Below, piece by piece: positions 63,701-64,000 of a stretch of 64,000 nucleotides of DNA. Source of the stretch: Glycera tridactyla (taxonomy: Eukaryota). The position numbers and the translations under genes are program-made. The stretch lies in the NCBI GenBank assembly GCA_965644265.1, contig OZ286474.1, positions 77,996,001 through 78,060,000 of the forward strand, read 5' to 3'. Position 1 is the stretch's first letter. Every line of letters begins with the position of its first letter. Below the pieces are notes generated by a model. The model ran no database searches. It was not told the DNA's origin and saw only the letters and a list, made by a program, of their open reading frames with translations.

Positions 63701-64000
63701 GTTTGTCAGGTGAATGTTGCTGGCACTCCAGGCTCGCGTCTATACATGTCACAAATAGGTGATATCACTACAGATGGTCTAACTACGTATCTAGGTCAAT
63801 ACTGACGCATCCAAGCATGAGGTCGCAAATATGTTTTGTGTTGCGCAATATCTGGCCGGCGCCGGGTTTCATATTTCTGCCTATTGACCACCGAGGAAAG
63901 TGGCGCATCATGGCCATTAGTGCGATATAAACGTCAACGTTCGCTATTTCAGATGATGCTGTATATGTTGCTACTACTGCACTTGCTACTTGTTGCCACT

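Overview
This is eukaryotic, almost certainly animal (probably invertebrate) non-coding DNA, not a prokaryotic or phage locus. That call is inferred from the microsatellites, tRNA-derived SINEs, TA-target MITEs and CTCF-like motifs; the species cannot be determined from the sequence. I recognise no protein-coding gene, rRNA, tRNA, CRISPR array or intact autonomous transposon. The ORF track consists mostly of short chance ORFs, ORFs inflated by N runs, and microsatellite translations. Twelve N runs (about 3 kb in total) are mostly flanked by simple repeats and look like hard-masking rather than true gaps. Well-supported features are: two Tc1/mariner-type MITEs with both TIRs and TA duplications, plus two partial copies; two SINE insertions with exact 10-bp target-site duplications; a LINE 3' remnant; a ~0.9-kb diverged fold-back element carrying two perfect RFX X-box palindromes; and several minisatellites (58, ~60, 80 and a degenerate ~50 bp). 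Weaker candidates are a few splice-bounded exons of unknown product, a CCAAT/GC-box promoter-like site, two ACGT/CRE clusters and CTCF-like sites. The window reads as a large intron or gene-poor intergenic interval. I found no evidence for a new multi-gene biological system; the findings are local structural and regulatory curiosities. Coordinates were counted by hand and may be off by a few bases.
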